A DNA stretch of 63,196 nucleotides, filler included, from Chiloscyllium plagiosum (GCF_004010195.1; 5 parts of one record of this genome joined end to end with filler, not necessarily neighbours in it); one strand, 5' to 3'; counted from the first letter of the whole stretch, positions 23,601-38,600 are shown. Numbers and translations: made by a program. The notes: generated by a model not told the origin, from the letters alone.

Positions 23601-26600
23601 TTTGCCACCTTTCTGCCCAGCTCTGCAGCTTCTCTATATCCTGCTGTATCCTGCCACATCCTTCCTCACTGTCAACAACTCCTCCGACTTTTGTGTCATC
23701 CGCAAACTTGCTCACCCAACTTTCTAACCCCTCTTCCAGGTCATTTATAAAAATGACAAACAGCAATGGTCCCAAAACAGATCCTTGCGGAACACCGCTA
23801 GTGACGGCACTCCATGAAGAAACTTTGCCATCAACTACTACCCTCTGTCTTCTTCCATCCAGCCAATTCCTAATCCAAACCTCCAACTCACCCTCAATGC
23901 CATATCTCGTATTTTCTGCAGTAGCCTACCATGGGGAACCTTATCAAACGCCTTACTAAAATCCATATATACCACATCTACCGCTTTCCCCTCATCAACC
24001 TCCTTCGTCACCTTTTCAAAGAATTCAATAAGGTTTGTGAGGCACGACCTGCCCTTCACAAAACCATGCTGACTATCCTTGATCACATTATTCCTATCCA
24101 GATGTGCATAAATCCTATCCCTTACAATTCTCTCTAAGACTTTGCCCACAACAGAAGTGAGACTCACCGGCCTATAGTTACTAGTAACTATATTAGAAAA
24201 GCTAATGGAATGTTAACATTTATTACTGGAGGATTTGAGTACGGGGTGGTGAAGTCTTGCTTCAGTTGTACAGGAACGTGGTTAGATTGCTCCTGGAGTA
24301 GTCTGTGCAGTTCTGTCTCTTATCTCTCGAGAGATATTATTGCCATAGGTTCAGCAAACATGTTACTGGGAGGCAGGACTGACCTGTCACCAGTTTGGGC
24401 AAACTGGGCCCAGTGCAGACAGCGTAGATGCAGGTAAGATGCTTGCTCTGACTGGGAGAGTCAGTAACTACAATTTAACAATAAAGGAGAAGCCATAGGG
24501 CCAAGATGAGGGGAATTTATTTTACTCAGAGTTGTGAACCTTTAGAATTCTCTACCATAGAAACTCGGTATTTGAGTATGTTTAAGGTAAAGACAGAGAA
24601 ATTTCTGATTCCCAGTGATGTACAACATCAGTGCCGGAGACCCGGGTTCAATTCCCACCTCAGGCAACTCTCTGTGTGGAGTTTGCACATTCTCCCCGTG
24701 TCTGCGTGGGTTTCCTCCCACAGTCCAAAAATGTGCAGGTTAGGAGAATTGGCCATGCTAAATTGCCCGTAGTGTTAGGTGAAGGGGTAAATGTAGGGGA
24801 ATGGGTCTGGGTGGGTGCTCTTCAGAGGGTCGGTGTGGACTTGTTGGGCCGAAGGGCCTGTTTCCACACTGTAAGTAATCTAAAACAAAATCATGACGGT
24901 GGAGTGCAGTGGGTAAAAGGCAGTAAACTGTTTCTTCAGCCATGATAATGTTAAATGGTGGTACATGGTCAATGGCCTGAATAGCCTGTTCCTATATTCT
25001 AAAATGTTGGCTTTACTCCTTAAATTAATATTTCTCTGAATTGCCCTGATAAGTGTAATACAAAATTCTGGATTAGAGTGGTGCTGGAAAAGCACAGCAG
25101 TTCAGGCAGCATCCGAGGAGCAGTAAAATCGACGTTTCGGGCAAAAGCCCTTCATCAGGAATACAGCTTTAACAAAATGTGCCTTTTCTAAGCAATAACC
25201 AAATTCCTTAAAACCAAAATAACTGGTGTCCTTTCAGGAGGTAAACCTGACACCCTTACCTACTCTGGCCTAAACCTGACTCCAGACACACAGAAATGTG
25301 TTTGATTTTTAACTACCCTTCCAAAATAGCCTAAAAGCTTCTCAGTTCGAGTGTAATTAGGGACAGTCAATAAATGCTGGCAGTGACACTCACATTCGCA
25401 ATGAGCCAATCTGTGTCCTGTCTGCATGGAGCTAGGACAATCTGTGACCACATGACTCAGAGAGAACAGGAACTCTGACACCAAGGATGGGACACTGAGC
25501 AAATGGCAACAGGTAACTGTTCTACATTGGCCTGGCCTACCCCCCCCCCCCCCACCCCTATTCCAGACCTGCCTACCTCCACAAACATACACACATCAGC
25601 ACCAACCCCTCACCCGACCAGTGTAGAACCAGCATCCCTCCTCCAGTCCCACTCCCTGAGCCGCATTTACCACGAACAATGAATTCTTGTCCCAGATTCA
25701 TGGCCTCTCCCTTGGATTTCTGAAGCAGAGATATCCAGTGATGCATTTCTTCCGGACTGACAGAGTTACAGTGAATCACACGGGTCGCCAGGATAATGAC
25801 AAAAGAATTTGGTCTGAAAATACAAAACAGATTGGAAAGTAAATATTCACCTTCTCCACATTCCCATCATGTCCTGAGGAGATGACTCTCACTGGGAAAC
25901 CGATTCCAATGCAGCCCAGGGTTAGATACAGAGGAAGGCTCTCTCTACACTGTGCCCATCAAACACTCCCAGGACAGAACAGCACTAGAGATTCAATTAC
26001 AATGTGTCTCCTTGTGCCCATCTCTGCACTTATAAATTATATTCTTAAAAATAGTTAGTATGTCAAACTCCATTCTCTTCTCGGAATCATGGTGACTGAT
26101 GGATGTTTGATTTTCTAAATGCATTTAGGACTTTACTAAATCACTTTCTAGCCTTTTCCCTATGATTGATGTTTGGTTTAATTAGTTTGTAGTTCTCTAT
26201 TTTCTCTCTCTCGCTTTCTTCAATATTTGCTAACTTCCCATTGGCTGGTTCCATTCCAGTGTCCCGGGAAATTGAGAAAGAGAGAAGCAGCAGTTCCACT
26301 CAGAGTTCAGGTCATTACGGGCTGATGTGTCAGGGAGCACTTCTTCACACAAGGCAAAGGAGAAATCTGTTAGCCCTGGAGGTCAATGCATTCTTACTGG
26401 GTAACTGGAATATTAAGAAAGGCAGGGAAATAGAGTAAAGATACAGATCAGCCTGGTCGAGATAACTTTGTAAAATAGCCTCCAGGGCTAACAGGCCTTC
26501 CCCTGTTCCTGTGTAATGGACTCCAAAGACTGAATGGCCTCCTCCTTGTTTGTATACCCAGCCCAAGGGGCTAAATGGTCTCCAGTTCCTCAGCCACTCA

Positions 26601-29600
26601 ATATTACCTGTCAGGGTTGTCGGAGGCACACACGGACTCAATCAATCCAACATCCACAGTGCCCTGCACCAAAGAAATAGAATGCAAAGTCAGATTAATC
26701 ACTGTCAATGGGCACATATGCAAACTTAGTGACACTAATCCTATATCGACCAATCTCAGAATTCTCAATTTTGCAGTTTTCAGATCTCTGGCTGCATATC
26801 TCAGGATCCTGCAAACACGAAAGAAAATCTAAGCAACGTCATATGTTAAACAGGTGTCTCCTTTCAGAATAATCCAAAATCAAATTAACACACACAGAGC
26901 TGATGCAGAGCTGGGCTGAGGAGTGGCAGATGGAGTTCAACCCTGCCAAGTGTGAGGTTGTCCATTTTGGAAAGATAAATAAGAATGCGGAATACAGGGT
27001 TAACGGTAGGGTTCTTAGTAAGGTGGAGGAACAGAGGGATCTTGGGGTCTATGTTCATAGATCTTTGAAAGTTGCCACTCAGGTGGATAGAGCTTGTAAG
27101 AAGGCCTATGGTGTATTAGCGTTCATTAGCAGAGGGATTGAATTCAAGAGTCGTGAAGTGATGTTGCATCTGTACAGGACCTTGGTTAGGCCACATTTGG
27201 AGTACTGTGTGCAGTTCTGGTCGCCTCACTTTAGGAAAGATGTGGAAGCTTTGGAGAGGGTGCAGAGAAGATTTACCAGGATGTTGCCTGGAATGGAGAA
27301 TAGGTCGTACGAGGATAGGTTGAGAGTGCTAGGCCTTTTCTCGTTGGAATGGCGAAGGATGAGGGGTGACTTGATAGAGGTTTATAAGATGATCAGAGGA
27401 ATAGATAGAGTAGACAGTCAGAGACTTTTTCCCAGGGTGCAACAGAGTGTTACAAGGGGACATAAATTTAAGGTGAAGGGTGGAAGGTATAGGGGAGATG
27501 TCAGGGGTGGGTTCTTTACCCAGAGAGTAGTGGGGGCATGGAATGCGCTGCCTGTGGGAGTGGCAGAGTCAGAATCATTGGCGAACTTTAAATAGCAATT
27601 GGATAGGTACATGGATGGGTGCTTAAGGTAGGACAAATGTTCGGCACAACATCGTGGGCCGAAGGGCCTGTTCTGTGCTGTATTGTTCTATGTTCTAGGG
27701 TTAGACTCGGAGTAAAGCTATCTCTACTATTTAAACTTGAAGTAAAGCTCCCTCTACACTGCCACCCCATCAAACCCTCCCAGGACAGGGACAGCACAGG
27801 GTTAGATACAGAGTAAAACTCCCACTACACTGCCCCCTATTAAACCCTCCCAGGACAGGGACAGCACAGGGTTAGATACAGAGTAAAGCTTCCTCTACAC
27901 TGTCCCCCATCAAACCCTCCCAGGACAGGGACAGCACAGGGTTTGATACAGAGTAAAGCTCTATTGACTGCGAGGCTGGTGGAGGAGGGAGGGCTTCAGA
28001 TACTTAGGCCATTGGGATGCCTTCTGGGGAAGGTGCGATCTGTACATCAAGGACGGGTTGCACCTGAACTGGAGGGGCGCAAATGTCCTGAGTGGGAGAT
28101 TTGCTCGTGTTGTTCAGGAGGATTTAAACTAGTTTGGCAGGGGGGTGGGAACCACAGCTACACATCCAAGAGTTGGGTGGGGGGGGTCTCTTGTAGATGG
28201 GGCAGTGACAGGATGTAGTGCCCAAAGAGAGAAAATGCTGGAAAATCTCAGCGGGTCTGGCAGCATCTGTAAGGAGAGAATAGAGCTGACGTTTCGAGTC
28301 TAACTTACCCTTTTCCTTTTCTCTCAGTGTTAGACAAGGTATTTACTAAGACTCACTTCCACAGCCATATTTCCTTCTTTCCTTTTCTGCCACCCACAGG
28401 ATGTAGTGAATCTATTGGGAAGGTTTTTCACGTGATGAAACAAAGGGATCGGTTAAAGTGTGTCTGCTTTAAAGCAGTTAAAAATCACACAACACCAGGT
28501 TATAGTCCAACAGGTTTAATTGGAATCACTAGCTTTCGGAGCGCCGCTCCTTCATCAGGTGGTTGATGACAGCAGCGCTCCGAAAGCTAGTGCTTCCAAG
28601 TAAACTTGTTGCACTATAACCTGGTGTTGTGGGATTTTTAACTTTGTACACCCAGTCCAACATTGGTATCTCCAAATCATGCTTTAACGCAAGGAGTGTC
28701 AGAAATAAGAGTGATGAACTGAGAGCATGGATCCGTACTTGGGGCTACGATGTTGTGGCCATAACGGAGACGTGGGTTTCACAGGGGCAGGAATGGTTGC
28801 GAGGTATTCCAGGACTTAGAACATCTAAAAAGATCAGGGAGGGTGGTAAAAGAGGAGGGGGTGTAGCATTGCTAATCAGAGAGTGCATCACAGCTACAGA
28901 AACAAAGGTTGTTGAGGAAGGTTTGTCTATTGAGTCAGTATGGGTGGGAGTTAGGAACAGCAAGGGAACAGTCACCACATTGTGGGTTTTCTACAGACCC
29001 CCTAATAGCAGTAGTGAGGTTGAAGATCCTATAGGTGGGCAGATTCTGGAGAAATGCAGATGTAGCAGGGTTGTTGTTATGGGTGACTTCAACTTTCCCA
29101 ATATCGACTGGAGTTGAAACTTTATTGCTGGAACAGCACAGCAGGTCAGGCAGCATCCAGGGAACAGGAGATTCGACGTTTCGGGCACAGGCCCTTCTTC
29201 AGGATGTTATGGGTGACTTCAACTTTCCCAATATCGACTGGAGTTGAAACTTTATTGCTGGAACAGCACAGCAGGTCAGGCAGCATCCAGGGAACAGGAG
29301 ATTCGACGTTTCGGGCACAGGCCCTTCCTCAGGAATGGTTCCTCCTTCCTGAAGAAGGGCCTGTGCCCGAAACATCGAATCTACTGTTCCCTGGATGCTG
29401 CCTGACCTGCTGTGCTGTTCCAGCAATAAAGTTTCNNNNNNNNNNNNNNNNNNNNNNNNNNNNNNNNNNNNNNNNNNNNTTAATTAATTAANNNNNNNNN
29501 NNNNNNNNNNNNNNNNNNNNNNNNNNNNNNNNNNNATTTGGCTATCTGGATTCAGAATTGGCTGGCTGACAGAAGGCAGAGAGTGGTTGTAGATGGAAAG

Positions 29601-32600
29601 TATTCTGCCTGGAGGTCAGTGTTGAGTGGTGTCCCGCAGGGCTCTGTTCTTGGGCATCTGCTCTTTGTAGTTTATATAAATGACTTGGATGAGGAGGTTG
29701 AGGGGTGGGTTAGTAAATTTGCAGATGACACAAAGGTTGGAGGTGCCGTTGATAGTATAGAGGGCTACTGCAGGCTGCAGCGTGACATAGACAGGATGCA
29801 GAGCTGGGCTGAGAACTGGCAAATTGAGTTCAACCTGGATAAATGCAAAGTGATGCATTTTGGAAGGTTGAACTTGAATGCTGAATATAGGATTAAAGAC
29901 AGGATCCTTGGCAGTGTGGAGGGACAGAGGGATCTTGGTGTTCAAGTACATAGATCCCTCAAAGTTGCCATCCAAGTGGATAGGGTTATTGAGAAAGCAT
30001 ATGGTGTTTTGGCTTTCATGAACATGGGGATTAAGTTCAAGAGCTGTAAGGTTTTGCTGCAACTCTACAAGACCCTGGTGAGACCACACTTGGAATATTC
30101 TGTCAAGTTCTGGTCGCCCTATTACTGGAGAGATACAGAAGCTTTGGAGAGGGTGCAAAGAAGGTTTAACAGGATGCTACCTGGACTGGAGGGTTTGTCT
30201 ACGAAGAGAGATTGACTAAGCTCGGACTTTTCTCTCTGGAGAGAAGGGGGAAGAGAGGTGACCTGATCGAGATATACAAGGTAATGAGAGGCATGGATAG
30301 AGTCAATAGCCAGAGACTTGTCCCCAGGACAGGATTGACTGCCTCGAGGGGTCATAGTTTTATGATATTAGGAGGAATGTATAGAGGAGACGTCAGAGGT
30401 AGGTGCTTTATGCAGAGAGTTGTGAATGCATGGAATGCATTGCCAGTGGTGGCGGTGGAAGCAGTCATTAGGGACATTTCAGCGACTGCTAGACATGCAC
30501 ATGGACAGCAGTGAATTGAGGGGTGCGTAGGTTAGGTTACTTTATTTTAGATTTGGAATAATCCTAGGCCCAACATTGTGGGCCAAAGAGCCTGTTCTGT
30601 GCTGTACTTTCTATATTCTATGATCTATATTCTTTTAGAACAAAGAACAGTATAGTACAGAAACAGACCCTTTGGCCCAACAAGTCTGTACTGACACAAG
30701 ATGTCTTTCTAAACTAAAATCCTTTTGCCTCTCCACGGTCCGTATCCCTCTATTTCCTGCCTATTCATGTCTCTGTCAAGATGCCTCATAAACATTGCTG
30801 CTGTATCCACCTCCACCCCCTCCTCTGGCAGCACGTTCCAGACACTCACCACCCTCTGTGTAAAAAACCTGCCTCTCACGTCTCCTTTAGACCTATCCCC
30901 TTTAACTTTAAACCTATGTCCCAGAGTAATTGACATTTCTACCCTGGGAAAAAGACTTGTGACTCTCCATTCTATCCAGGCCTCTCATCAGTTTGTAAAC
31001 CTTGTTCAGGTTCCCCCTCAGCCTCTGATGTTCAAGTGTAAACGAACCAAGTATGTCCAATCTCTTCTCATAGCTAATACCTTCCAAACCAGGAAACATC
31101 CTGGTAAACCGTTTCCGTACCCTCTCCAAAGCCTCCACATCCTTCTGGTAGTGTGGTGTACACAATATTCCAAATGTGGCCTAACTAAAGTTCTATACAG
31201 CTGCAGTGTGACTTGCCAATTTTTATACTCTGTGCCCTGACCAATGAAAACAAACATGCAATACACCTTCTTGACTGCCTATCCACTTGTGTTGCTACTT
31301 TCAGGGAACTGTGCATCTCTATGCCTAGATCCCTCAGTCTGTTTATTGTTACGGTATACTTTCCTCCTGCATTAGATCTTCCAAAATGCATCAGCTCACA
31401 TTTATCCAGATTAATTTCATCTGCAATTTTTCTGCCCAAGTCTCCAGCCTATCCTTATCCTGCTGTATCCTCTGACAATGCTCCACACTACCTGCAGCTC
31501 TTCCAATCTTTGTGTCATCCACAATCATGTCACTTACATTCTTCTCCAAATCATTCATATATATTACAAACAACTCTGATCCCTGCAGAACACCACTGGC
31601 GACAGATCTTCAGTCAGAAAAACACCTTTCCATTCTTCCAACACTCCTCTCTGTCTTCTATGGCTAAGCCAGTTATAGAACATAGAACATAGAACATAGA
31701 ACAATACAGCACAGAACAGGCCCTTCGGCCCACGATGTAGTGCCGAACATTTGTCCTAGCTTAAGCACCCATCCATGTACCTATCCGATTGCCGCTTAAA
31801 GGTCACCAAAGGTTCTGACTCTACCACTCCCACAGGCAGCGCATTCCATGCCCCCACCACTCTCTGGGTAAAGAACCCACCCCTGACATCTCCCCTATAC
31901 CTTCCACCCTTCACCTTAAATTTATGTCCCCTTGTAACACTCTGTTGTACCCGGGGAAAAAGTTTCTGACTGTCTACTCTATCTATTCCTTTGATCATCT
32001 TATATACCTCTATCAAGTCACCTGTTCCCTGGATGCTGCCTGACCAGCTGCGCTTTTCCAGCAACACATTTTCAGCTCTATCAAGTCACCCCTCATCCTT
32101 CGCCGTTCCAACGAGAAAAGGCCTAGCACTCTCAACCTATCCTCGTACGACCTATTCTCCATTCCAGGCAACATCCTGGTATTCATTGTATTCTGTATTC
32201 ATTGAATACAGAAGGGCTTATGCCCGAAACGTCACGTCGATTCTCCTGTTCCCTGGATGCTGCCTGACCTGCTGCGCTTTTCCAGCAACACATTTTCAGC
32301 TCTGTATTCATTTCACCAGCTCACCACACATTCCATGTGACTTCACCTTTTGTATCAGCCTGCCTTTAGGAGCCTCGTCAAGGCCTACGTAGACAATATC
32401 CACCACCCTGTCCTCATCAATGATCCTCGTCACCTCCTCTAAAAACTCAATTCAGTTTGTGAGACACAACTTCTCCCACACAAAGCCACGCTGCCTAATG
32501 ATAATAAGTCCATATTTTTCCAAATGTAAATTGGTCCTGTCCCTAAGCATCTTCTCCAATAATTTCCCCACCACTGATATAAGGCTCACTGACCTGTAAA

Positions 32601-35600
32601 TTTTCTCATTACCCCCGTTGCCTTTCTTAAAAAACAGAACCACTTTGGCTTTTCCCCAGTTTTCTGGGACCTTGCCTATGACAAAAGAGGATGCAGAGAT
32701 TTCCTACAAGACCCCAGGAATTTCCTCCTTCAACATTTTGGATAGATCCCATCAGGTCCTGGGGACCTGTCTATCTTAATACTTTTCAAAACACCCAACA
32801 CCTCTCCCCTTTTTATGATGCCCTAGAGTATGAACATGCCCCTCGTAAGACTATTCATCAGGCCCCTCTCCTTTGCAAAGTGTTTGGTAAGGACCTCACC
32901 CACTTCCTCCGGATCCACACATAAATTACCTCCTTTGTTCTTGATTTGATCTACTCTTTTCCTGGCTACCATCTTGCTCCTTATATATGTATAAAAACCT
33001 TGGGGTTTTTCTTAATCCTGTTTGCCAAAGTCATTCCAAAGCCCTTTGTTTACTTTCTTTCCTGCTTTCTTTACATTTCTCAAGGGCTCTGCCTGTTGTC
33101 AGTTTCCTAAATCTTATGTATTCCTCCTTTTTCTTTCTGACAAAGCTCACAATTTCTCTTCTCATCTGAGGTTCCCAAATCTTGCCGTCCTTCCCCTTCA
33201 CTTTCACAGGAACATGCTGCTCCTCAACTTTAAGTAAACTGGCCTTTACAAGATTCCCACTTGTCAGATGTGGAATTACCCATAAACGGCTGCTCCCAAT
33301 CTACATTTCTCAATTACTATCATATATTGTATATATATTATAATTAGCCTTTCCCCAGTTTAGTACTTTCACCTGAGGTCTACCTTTGTCCTTATCCAGA
33401 AGTGACTGAGAACTTGGGGACTTATGGTCACTCTTCCCCAAATACTCCCCCACTGAAACTACAATCATCTGGCCGGGCCAACTGCCCAGTACCAGGTCTC
33501 ATACGGCCTCTTCCTTAGCCGGATTATTTATATATTGTTTCAGAATGCAATCCTGGACATAGGAGAAAGTGAGGTCTGCAGATGCTGGAGATCAAAGTTG
33601 AAACTTTATTGCTGGAACAGCACAGCAGGTCAGGCAGCATCCAGGGAACAGGAACATAGAACATAGAACATAGAAGAATACAGCGCAGTACAAACATACC
33701 TATAGAAAGCCTTAGGGTTTTCCCTAATCCTATCTACTAAGGACCTTTCATGTCCCCTCCTTGCTGCTTTTAGCTCTGAAGATTCGACGTTTCGGGCACA
33801 GGCCCTTCTTCAGGAATGGACATACCTAACAAATTCTCCCCCATCCAAGCCACTGGTACAAAAGGAACCCCAGTTAATTTAGGAGAAGTTAAAATTACCC
33901 ACCACAACAACCCTGTTGTTTTCATATTTTTCCATATTCTGTCCACTTAGCTGTTCCTCTATCACCTGCTGGCTGTTGGGAGGACTGTAGTACAATTCCA
34001 TCAAAGTGATTCCACCTTTCCAATCCTGAGCTGTACCCATAATGCCTCGCTGGATGAGCCCTCCAAGGTATCCTCCCTTAGTACAGCTGTGACATTCTCC
34101 TTGATCAGTAACGCAACTACCCCACCTCTTTTACATCCCTCTCTATCTCGTCCGAAACATCTAAGTCCTAGAATGTTAAGCTGCCAGACTTGCCCGTCTC
34201 TCAACCTAGACTCTGTCATAGCTACAGTCACGAGTATGTTGTTGGAAAAGCACAGCAGGTCAGGTAGCATCCAAGGATCAGGAGAATCGACATTTTGGGC
34301 ATAAGCCCTTCATCAGGAATCTTATGCCCGAAACGTTGATTCTCCTGCTCCTCAGATGCTGCCTGACCTACTGTGCTTTTCCAGCACCACATTCTCGACT
34401 CTGATCTCCAACATCTGCAGTCCTCACTTTCTCCCTCTGTCACAGCTACAACATTAGAGTTATATATGTTACTCCAAATGCTAAGTTCATCTGCCTTACT
34501 TATCATACTCCTCACAATAAAACAAATACACCTCAGACCACCAGTCCCACACGTTCAGTAACCTTCCCCTGACTGTTCCTCCTCTTCGTCTGGCCTTAGT
34601 CTCTAACTCTTCCTCGGTAATCTCACCTGCTGACCTACTGCTCTGATTCCCACCCCCTGCACATCAATTTAAACTCTCCCGAGTAACACTAGCTGTAACT
34701 GAGAGTAAAACTCCCTACAGACACTCCCAGGACAGGGACACTATGGGGTTAGACACAGCGTAAAACTTTCTCAACTCTTTTAAACTGAAAGTAAAACCCC
34801 CTCAACATTGCACCATCAAACATTTCCTGGAACAGTAGTGTTTGATATAAAGTAAAACTCCCTCTCATGGGGCCTCTCTCCATATAAAAGAATTCGCCAT
34901 CTCTGATGGCTTCATTCTATGTGTTATCGTGAGTTTGAGGTACAGTAAACTGACACTTACCACTGCGTTCTTTGGATTTGCCTGTTCATCACGCATCTCT
35001 CGCAGCTGCTGCTGTGTTGCACTATGAACGCCACTCAGTACATTGAACCAATCACTGTCCAGATAAAACACACCAGTGAACAGCATCTCATCATCACCGT
35101 GTCCCCTAATGCACCTTCTCCTCTCTCATCCCTGCCCCACTTTCCACATCTCCTCCACCCATCTATCTCCTCTGCACATTAACACTCACCATCAGCCAAT
35201 TTTCTCCTCAAGACTCACTTGACAGAAGAGCAACAATTAGCCATTTTGGGGATTGAATCAACACATTGACACCAAAGGTGAGAGAATGGGGATTAGCTCT
35301 CAGCATATTTCTCCCATCACAGTCATAACACTCCACCACTGGAGGCTGGGTCTTTAGCTGTCTAGGCCTTGAGGTCAGGGGGCAAGCCCTCTCCCCCTCT
35401 CAATATCACTTTACCTTTAAAATGGTCATAACTTTCCTCTGAGTAAATATTTGGTCACCTGACCTAATTCCTAATCCCTCCTTCCCTGTGACATGTTGGA
35501 ATGTTTCGCTTGTTCCTCTGAGGCGTTGTCTGTTTTTTCACTATGTTCACGAAGGTTTACGAATACAAGTTGTTGCTGATTAATGTACACGTGACTAGGA

Positions 35601-38600
35601 ATAGGAACATGGCTGTCAGGTTACAGGCCAGCTCCTGAGAATAGTTCAACCACAAGGAAATATGTAACTAGATGCTGGAGAGCAGGCCAGCACAGAGTGG
35701 TCCTCAGTGAGTACATTGATAGGCTGAATGGCCTCCTGCTGTGTTGGAACCATTGTATAACAAAGGAGGAGCACTCAGAAAGCTTGTGATTTGAAATAAA
35801 CCTGTTGGACTATAACATGGTTTGTGTGACTTCTGATCTTGTCCACCCAAGTCCAACGGCAGCATCTCCACATCAAAGTCATGACAGCTCAAGAAGGCAG
35901 CTCGCAATAGCCTTTGACAAAGCAATTGTAGATGGGCAATAAATGCTATCCCAGCCAGTCACCCACATCCCATCGACACAGCCCCACCAGGTTTCTCTGT
36001 CCTGAACCCCTTGGAGAATTGTACCTTTGATCTGCACCTCCTCACTTTACTGAGCAACAAAAGGAAAGAAGGATACCTGGCATCCTGAGGAGACTCAGCG
36101 ACGATGTGATAGATTCTGTCATTTGTCACCACATCTAGAGCATTTTCCTTCTCTCCATTGTCCACAATTTCTCTGCAGAGACAGCGAAACAACATGATAA
36201 TACATCATCAACTTTGAGAAGATATATAATAGAGGGAGGACAATCAACACAGAAAAGAGGAGTGCATGATCAACCGAGGGAGATGGCTGATCCATGGCAG
36301 ATACATCCAGGGAGCTGAGAGGTTAGAGTCATAGAGACGTACAGCATGGAAACAGACCCTTCGGTCCAACCCGTCCATGCCGACCAGATATCCCAACCCA
36401 ATCTAGTCCCACCTGCCAGCACCCGGCCCATATCCCTCCAAACCCTTCCTATTCAAATACCCTTCCAAATGTCTTTTAAATGTTGCAATTGAACCAGCCT
36501 CCACCACTTCCTCTGGCAGCTCATTCCATACACGTACCACCCTCTGTGTGAAAAAGTTGCCCCTTAGGTCTCTTTTATATCTTTCCCCTCTCACCCTAAA
36601 CCTATGCCCGCTAGTTCTGGACTCCCCAACCCCAGGGAAAAGACTTTGTCTATTTATCCTATCCATGCCCCTCATAATTTTATAAACCTCTATAAGGTCA
36701 CTCCTCAGCCTCCGATACTCCAGGGAAAACAGCCCCAGCCTGTTCAGCCTCTCCTGATAGCTCAACTCCTCCAACTCTGGCAACATCCTTGTAAATCTTT
36801 TCTGAACCCTTTCAAGTTTCACAACATCTATCCGATAGGAAGGAGACCAGAATTGCATGTAATATTCCAACAGTGGCCTAACCAATGTCCTGTACAGCTG
36901 CAACATGACCTCCCAACTCCTGTACGCANNNNNNNNNNNNNNNNNNNNNNNNNNNNNNNNNNNNNNNNNNNNNNNNNNNNNNNNNNNNNNNNNNNNNNNN
37001 NNNNNNNNNNNNNNNNNNNNNNNNNNNNNNNNNNNNNNNNNNNNNNNNNNNNNNNNNNNNNNNNNNNNNNNNNNNNNNNNNNNNNNNNNNNNNNNNNNNN
37101 NNNNNNNNNNNNNNNNNNNNNNNNNNNNNNNNNNNNNNNNNNNNNNNNNNNNNNNNNNNNNNNNNNNNNNNNNNNNNNNNNNNNNNNNNNNNNNNNNNNN
37201 NNNNNNNNNNNNNNNNNNNNNNNNNNNNNNNNNNNNNNNNNNNNNNNNNNNNNNNNNNNNNNNNNNNNNNNNNNNNNNNNNNNNNNNNNNNNNNNNNNNN
37301 NNNNNNNNNNNNNNNNNNNNNNNNNNNNNNNNNNNNNNNNNNNNNNNNNNNNNNNNNNNNNNNNNNNNNNNNNNNNNNNNNNNNNNNNNNNNNNNNNNNN
37401 NNNNNNNNNNNNNNNNNNNNNNNNNNNNNNNNNNNNNNNNNNNNNNNNNNNNNNNNNNNNNNNNNNNNNNCTGGTGAGACCACACCTGAAGTATTGTGTG
37501 CAGTTCTGGTCTCCAAATTTGAGGAAAGACATTCTGGCTATTGAGGGAGTGCAGCGTAGGTTCACGAGGTCAATTCCTGGAATGGCGGGACTATCTTATG
37601 TTGAAAGATTGGAGCAACTGGTCTTGTATACCCTTGATTTTAGAAGACTGAGAGGGGATCTGATTGAGACATATAAGATTATTAAAGGATTGGACACTCT
37701 GGAGGCAGGAAACATGTTTCCACTGATGGGTGAGTCCCGAACCAGAGGACACAGCTTAAAAATAAGGAGTAGGCCATTTAGGACAGAGATGAGGAGAAAC
37801 CTCTTCACCCAGAGAATGGTGGCTGTGTGGAATGCTCTGCCCCAGAAGGCAGTGGAGGCTCAGTCTCTGGATTCATTTAAGAAAGAGTTGGATAGAGCTC
37901 TCAAGGATAGTGGGATCAAGGGTTATGGAGATAAGGCAGGAATAGGATACTGATTGAGGATGATCAGCCATGATCATAATGAATGGTGGTGCAGGCTCGA
38001 AGGGCAGAATGGCCTACTCCTGCACCTATTGTCTATTGTCTATAACGTGGTGACATGGGGAAGTATAGTCAAGTGGTATTTATCAGCTGAGTGTTAATCC
38101 AGAGACCTAGATGTTGGATCCTGGGTTTGAATTCCCCCACAGCAGAGAGTGGAATTTGAATTAAATGAAACTCTGGAATTAACAGTGTAGTGAAGGACAT
38201 GCTGATTGTTGGAGAAACATCTGGGTCACTAATGTCCTTTAGAGAAGCAAACTGCCTTCCTGACCTAGTCTGGCCTCCATGTGCCTCCAGACCCACAGTG
38301 ATGGGGTTGACTCCTAACTGTCTGGGATGGTCAATAAATGCTCATCATCCGGTGAATGGATTTTTTAAAAAACTGCATACAGCTCCATCATAACCTTCTT
38401 GCTCTTTTATTCAATGCCTTGACTAATCCAGGCAAGTATTCCACGTGCCTTCTTAACCACCTTATCCTGCTGCCTTCAAGAATTTCTGGACCAACTATTC
38501 GTCGCATTGTCCTACATCTTGTTCGCCTTCCAAAAAAGCATTATCTTATAATGTTCAGGATTAAATTCCATTTGCCACTTTGTTCAGTCCATCTGACCAG

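Larger units (their letters stand above)
27964..30630 (+). mobile_element. CR1-type LINE pieces (ORF1 end, endonuclease, then RT 3' end after the spacer)
   Basis: ORFs 28629-29117 (endonuclease) and 29538-30215 (RT). Confidence 0.82.
30637..34680 (-). mobile_element. Nested, degenerate minus-strand CR1-type LINEs with Penelope-derived inserts
   Basis: RT and endonuclease remnants in ORFs 30709-32067, 32452-32643 and 34001-34270. Confidence 0.75.
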
